A stretch of 63,866 nucleotides of DNA, counting the filler, from Lama guanicoe (lineage: Eukaryota), in assembly GCA_013239625.1 (NCBI GenBank). It is 197 parts of 197 records of this genome, joined end to end, with 100 filler letters (N's around TTAATTAATTAA, not from the genome) between each part and the next. Parts side by side here need not be neighbours in the genome. Positions count along the whole stretch, not along the records: positions 59,092 to 59,316 come from PNXV01042059.1; positions 59,417 to 59,641 come from PNXV01042060.1; positions 59,742 to 59,966 come from PNXV01042061.1; positions 60,067 to 60,291 come from PNXV01042062.1; positions 60,392 to 60,616 come from PNXV01042063.1; positions 60,717 to 60,941 come from PNXV01042064.1; positions 61,042 to 61,266 come from PNXV01042065.1; positions 61,367 to 61,591 come from PNXV01042066.1; 189 more parts are not named here. One strand, given 5' to 3'. Shown here in pieces: positions 59,092 through 63,866 of this stretch. The notes below the pieces were generated by a model. It saw only the letters and a program-made list of their open reading frames with translations, made no database searches and was not told the DNA's origin. Within the stretch, counting starts at the first letter, position 1, and every line of letters begins with the position of its first letter. The translations under genes and the position numbers were made by a program.

Positions 59092-59316
59092 GGTAGTTCT
59101 GCTTTCAAGTTTTTGAGGAATCTCCATACTGTTTTTCATACTGGCTGCACCAATTTACATTTCCACCAACAGTGTATGCACAAGGATTCCCTTTTCCAAG
59201 TCAAGGCAAAACTTATTTCTTATCCTTTTGATAATAGCCATTCTAACAGGTGTGAGGTGGTATCTTCCTGTGGTTTTCATTTACATTTCCCTGATGATTA
59301 GAGATGTTGAGTATTT
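59092..59316 (-). mobile_element. L1 ORF2 3' fragment
   Basis: ggtagttct...ttttgaggaatctccatactgtttttcatactggctgcaccaatttacatttccaccaacagtg...tagccattctaacaggtgtgaggtgg. Confidence 0.92.
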
Positions 59317-60391
59317 NNNNNNNNNNNNNNNNNNNNNNNNNNNNNNNNNNNNNNNNNNNNTTAATTAATTAANNNNNNNNNNNNNNNNNNNNNNNNNNNN
59401 NNNNNNNNNNNNNNNNGACAACATTTCTCCTATGAAAAACAGAGGAAAGTAGAGGCTTTGGAATATTTGATTCCCTGACAGACTCAAAAAATTACACATC
59501 CAAGATGTCGTCAGAGTTTTCCAGCAGAGTCCCAAAGGTGCAAGGAGGAAACCAACCAGAGAATCAGTTCCGCAAATGCCCACCTGAATTACTCACAGAC
59601 CCAGAGTCCTTCCCTGACTCTCTTCCAGAGACAAGCAAGGTNNNNNNNNNNNNNNNNNNNNNNNNNNNNNNNNNNNNNNNNNNNNTTAATTAATTAANNN
59701 NNNNNNNNNNNNNNNNNNNNNNNNNNNNNNNNNNNNNNNNNAAGCTGAGAAAGTAGGAGTGTATCCTTGTTCTCTTACCCAGAATGCCTGCCCTGGCAAA
59801 TCTGGGTAGGGGTTTTTGAATAAATCCCTTTAAGAGTAGCCCTCTGAGAAAGCAGTATTGCAGCAAGACAGCTCTAAAGAGCCCAGCTGGGCAGCTTATG
59901 GGAGCGGCTTCTAAGAACGAGGTTCACTGAGAGAAACTTCGAATGGGACAGACCTGAGGTGATTCANNNNNNNNNNNNNNNNNNNNNNNNNNNNNNNNNN
60001 NNNNNNNNNNTTAATTAATTAANNNNNNNNNNNNNNNNNNNNNNNNNNNNNNNNNNNNNNNNNNNNTAAGAAACAGAAGGAGGAGAGAGAGTTTCAGTCT
60101 ACCAACTTTTTGGTAGCATTCATGGGACACTAATTGCCCTCAATTATTGTTCAATTCCACTGTTCTTGTGGAACTCTTTCCTGGAATCTGGTCACATATT
60201 TATTGTCAATGTCAACTGTTATAATATCACCGAGAACATTTTATCTGGAAGTTAGGGGAAGTTTTACTAGTTTTCTACTGTTCTGTTTTTANNNNNNNNN
60301 NNNNNNNNNNNNNNNNNNNNNNNNNNNNNNNNNNNTTAATTAATTAANNNNNNNNNNNNNNNNNNNNNNNNNNNNNNNNNNNNNNNNNNNN

Positions 60392-60616
60392 TTTAGAAGA
60401 TAGAGTCAAAAGTCTAAAAGAGTGGTTTGGGGTTGTGAGAGAGGCATCATGGGTGATGGCAGGGTATGTGGCTTGAGCAGCTGGAAGAATGTGGTTCCTC
60501 TCCAGCTGGGATGGAGCGGGAGGCAGAGTGGGCTTGGGGGTGGAGGGAGGACCAGGAGTTGAGCTGCTGAGATGCTAATTGTGAGATGCCTGTTCTGTGT
60601 GCAAGTGGAGATGGCA
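60392..60616 (-). mobile_element. L2 fragment
   Basis: tggcttgagcagctggaagaatgtggtt...ggaccaggagttgag...gtgagatgcc...caagtggagatg. Confidence 0.65.
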
Positions 60617-61691
60617 NNNNNNNNNNNNNNNNNNNNNNNNNNNNNNNNNNNNNNNNNNNNTTAATTAATTAANNNNNNNNNNNNNNNNNNNNNNNNNNNN
60701 NNNNNNNNNNNNNNNNTTTCCATAAAAATCAATCATGTGAGCTGTGTACATACCTTAACCTCTTTACCAGGAAAATCATTAATTGCCCTGAAACTCTTCT
60801 ACTGCTGGATCTCTTTGAAAACCTCACAAAAGCAATACATCTTCTCCCCAACATCCAAAACTGCACATAGGCTTAAGCACACAAAATTTTAGATGGTTCA
60901 ACAAATCCCCAAAAATCTATCCATAATTTCTGTGGTTATGCNNNNNNNNNNNNNNNNNNNNNNNNNNNNNNNNNNNNNNNNNNNNTTAATTAATTAANNN
61001 NNNNNNNNNNNNNNNNNNNNNNNNNNNNNNNNNNNNNNNNNTCCCAGTACAACAATACTTGATTGATCTCCAACAGTTTTCTAGACTCCAAGACTTACTC
61101 CCCACACCACGCTCCATTCTATCCTTTGTAAGAAAGAGAACTTAATAGTTCCCCCAAGTCAAGTCTCCAAATATCGAGGCACTCAGGCATTAATTAAAAT
61201 AAATAATGAATCCCATTGTTTCAATTTCAGGAGATTTGATCTCTTGATGATATTGGGGAGTGGCAANNNNNNNNNNNNNNNNNNNNNNNNNNNNNNNNNN
61301 NNNNNNNNNNTTAATTAATTAANNNNNNNNNNNNNNNNNNNNNNNNNNNNNNNNNNNNNNNNNNNNAGAAGAAAGGATGATGGGTCCCAAGCCAGTCCCA
61401 AGCCCAGCAAAGCAACTTCAGTTAGATTCAAAATCTCTAGAGTGATCCTCTAGCTCCATGTTCTGCTTCCAAACCTACTGGGGCAGCAGTCTTGCCCCCC
61501 ACGGCTCTGGGAAGCCTCCCTCCCAGGCTCTGCAGGGCGATTCCCCCCCTCAGCTCTTGGTCGGAGGCTGTCTGGCCTGTTGAAACCAAGGNNNNNNNNN
61601 NNNNNNNNNNNNNNNNNNNNNNNNNNNNNNNNNNNTTAATTAATTAANNNNNNNNNNNNNNNNNNNNNNNNNNNNNNNNNNNNNNNNNNNN

Positions 61692-61916
61692 GGGGGGCAA
61701 CAGGTCTCAACAGTGGGCTTAAAATATTCAGTAAACCATATTTTAAACAGAGGTGCAATCATCTGTTTCACTGTTCCATGTATACAGCACAGGCAGAGCA
61801 GATTTAGCATAATTCTTAAGGGTCCTAGGATTTCCAGAATGGTAAATGAGCACTGGCTTGAACTTAGAGTCACTGGTTGCATTAGCCCCTAACAAGAGAG
61901 TCAGCCTGTCCTTTGA
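61692..61916 (-). mobile_element. Tigger1 transposase (DDE-domain region) fragment, frameshifted
   Basis: Minus frames [45 protein letters not shown] and [18 protein letters not shown], matching the Tigger1/TIGD1 transposase pattern. Confidence 0.92.
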
Positions 61917-62991
61917 NNNNNNNNNNNNNNNNNNNNNNNNNNNNNNNNNNNNNNNNNNNNTTAATTAATTAANNNNNNNNNNNNNNNNNNNNNNNNNNNN
62001 NNNNNNNNNNNNNNNNATCTAACAAGAGGCTTAAACCTCGCTGGAACTTTGAGCATGTGAAAGCTTGGGGAGGCTGACACTGACCCACGAGCATCCCCTG
62101 TACAGTCATTCAGAAATAGCTTGCTATCATTCTGCTCTGTAAGTATAGCTATTGCTCGACTTCTGAACCACACATGCATAATTTAACATACTAGCTTTAT
62201 TCAATGAGGCAGAGTAGCTCCAGAATACAAAAAAAATTTTCNNNNNNNNNNNNNNNNNNNNNNNNNNNNNNNNNNNNNNNNNNNNTTAATTAATTAANNN
62301 NNNNNNNNNNNNNNNNNNNNNNNNNNNNNNNNNNNNNNNNNTCAGCCTGGAAGACGACAAGATGTGCGCATGGACACCTGTGGGTGATCAATCTTAGGGT
62401 CTCAGTCCCTCCAATCTTGTTTCCAGTTCTGTCAGCGAAGGCCAAGCCCCATCCCTTGGCCGGCAAAGTCTACACCCGGAGACCAAACCCAAACCAGCCT
62501 GATCCCTACCTTTTTTGTCTCATCTGCTCACACTTGATTCTCAGACCTCCACTTCTCCATGTCTAGNNNNNNNNNNNNNNNNNNNNNNNNNNNNNNNNNN
62601 NNNNNNNNNNTTAATTAATTAANNNNNNNNNNNNNNNNNNNNNNNNNNNNNNNNNNNNNNNNNNNNTGTTTGTTTTTTTAAGCTTTTGTAGGTCGAAGCT
62701 GTTTGTAAACTCTGTATATTACCAAAACCATGTACGACATAGTCATGTTCCTCACATGCACAGAGAGAATGAAGTAATTTGCCTGTGCCGTTTCTGGATG
62801 TTACCCATTGTCCTTATGGTTTCACGAAATGTTGATTACCTGTCTCTCTGATGCCTCATGTTGAGAATTACAGCATCACCAACACTTATGTNNNNNNNNN
62901 NNNNNNNNNNNNNNNNNNNNNNNNNNNNNNNNNNNTTAATTAATTAANNNNNNNNNNNNNNNNNNNNNNNNNNNNNNNNNNNNNNNNNNNN

Positions 62992-63216
62992 GCACATTGA
63001 ATAGATGCTGTCATTGCATCTTCCCTTCTCTTGCTATGGATTTTTAAAGAAAATGTTTATAATGTGTTCAACATTAAAAATGATGTGTGTTGTTGGTTGT
63101 TAGTAAATAACCACTATCAGATTTAGAAATCTCCCTTTCATTCTTAATGTTCTGGCATTTTATACTCAGAGTTTGTGGGATTTTATTAAATATCTTTTTC
63201 CTGCATTGAATAAGAT
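62992..63216 (-). mobile_element. Degraded L1ME ORF2
   Basis: cattgaatagatgctg..gcatcttcccttc...ttttaaagaaaatgttt..aatgtgttcaacattaaaaatgatg...ttttattaaatatctttttcctgcattgaa. Confidence 0.65.
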
Positions 63217-63866
63217 NNNNNNNNNNNNNNNNNNNNNNNNNNNNNNNNNNNNNNNNNNNNTTAATTAATTAANNNNNNNNNNNNNNNNNNNNNNNNNNNN
63301 NNNNNNNNNNNNNNNNGTTGCGGCAGAACCCTAAGGTGCTCTGCGCCGTCATCGCCAAGTGAACCGCTGTGCATCTGTTGTCGAGGGATAGATACATCAG
63401 TGGGACCCCATCTCTGATGGCTCTCCGGTCCTCCAAAATCGTCCATCATCCTCTCTCAAACTCACAGTCTCTCGTTTGCAGAATCTCCTTTTTCTTTTCT
63501 TCTTTGTCTTTCTCGGGGTGAGTATATAGCCTTCTTCTCTTNNNNNNNNNNNNNNNNNNNNNNNNNNNNNNNNNNNNNNNNNNNNTTAATTAATTAANNN
63601 NNNNNNNNNNNNNNNNNNNNNNNNNNNNNNNNNNNNNNNNNCTTTCACACGTATTAGAACAGAACTGAGACACTGTAATTGTGCGGTTACATGACAGTCT
63701 AAAGTCGCCACAATTTGATCTCTCCTGTAGAAGAGAAAATCTTCCCACGTTCGCAGGTGATGTCTGGGCACTGGAACCCCTAGTTTCTTTTCCAGTTGTT
63801 TTCTTTGACATCAGCTATGACTTTGACTAACCTTCCTCTGTTGTACCAGACATCCAGGATTACAGT

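Larger units (their letters stand above)
225..63641. other. 196 synthetic contig-joining linkers N44-TTAATTAATTAA-N44 (100 bp each; first 225-324, last 63542-63641)
   Basis: Identical 12-mer flanked by 44 N on each side, recurring every 324-325 bp. It is palindromic with TAA in all three frames, so it stops all six frames. Lengths add up exactly: 196x100 + 59x224 + 138x225 = 63866. Confidence 0.99.

Noticed and set aside
1067..63811. Most ORF-track entries, including the apparent shared C-terminal motif X..LIN
   Set aside because: They run into N padding and stop in the linker; LIN is the translation of TTAATTAAT. Many also use non-ATG starts and lack recognisable protein motifs.
1..63866. 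CRISPR-like or cassette array (constant palindromic repeat with equal-length unique spacers)
   Set aside because: The repeat is a 12-mer embedded in N padding, the spacers are mammalian genomic fragments sorted by length, and there are no cas, integrase or leader sequences. It is an assembly linker.

Overview
This window is not one contiguous locus. It is 197 unrelated 224-225 bp mammalian mini-contigs (44,266 real bases) joined by 196 identical synthetic 100-bp linkers (N44-TTAATTAATTAA-N44), which put a stop codon in all six frames. The fragments are sorted by length: 51 of 224 bp, then a 225-bp block with eight 224-bp exceptions. This is the layout of a 'chrUn'-style pseudo-scaffold of leftover short-read contigs. 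The repeats (a vic-1-like tRNA SINE, camelid/cetartiodactyl-type L1 3' ends, MIR, L2, MLT, Tigger1, MER5A) point to a placental mammal, most likely a camelid. Seven pairs of near-identical fragments share exactly 49 bp at both ends, the signature of de Bruijn bubble arms (k about 49-50). Recognisable genes are one complete VIPR2 exon whose coding frame is absent from the ORF track and a 75-codon olfactory receptor fragment. Other points of interest are a probable ancient RTE-clade LINE relic, a twin-primed L1, a short L1 insertion with a TSD, a 7-bp satellite and a CpG-island 5'UTR. I find no support for a new multi-gene system or CRISPR array: the regular periodicity is an assembly artefact, and no adjacency across a linker has biological meaning. 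Repeat family names come from recalled consensus sequences, not from a search.
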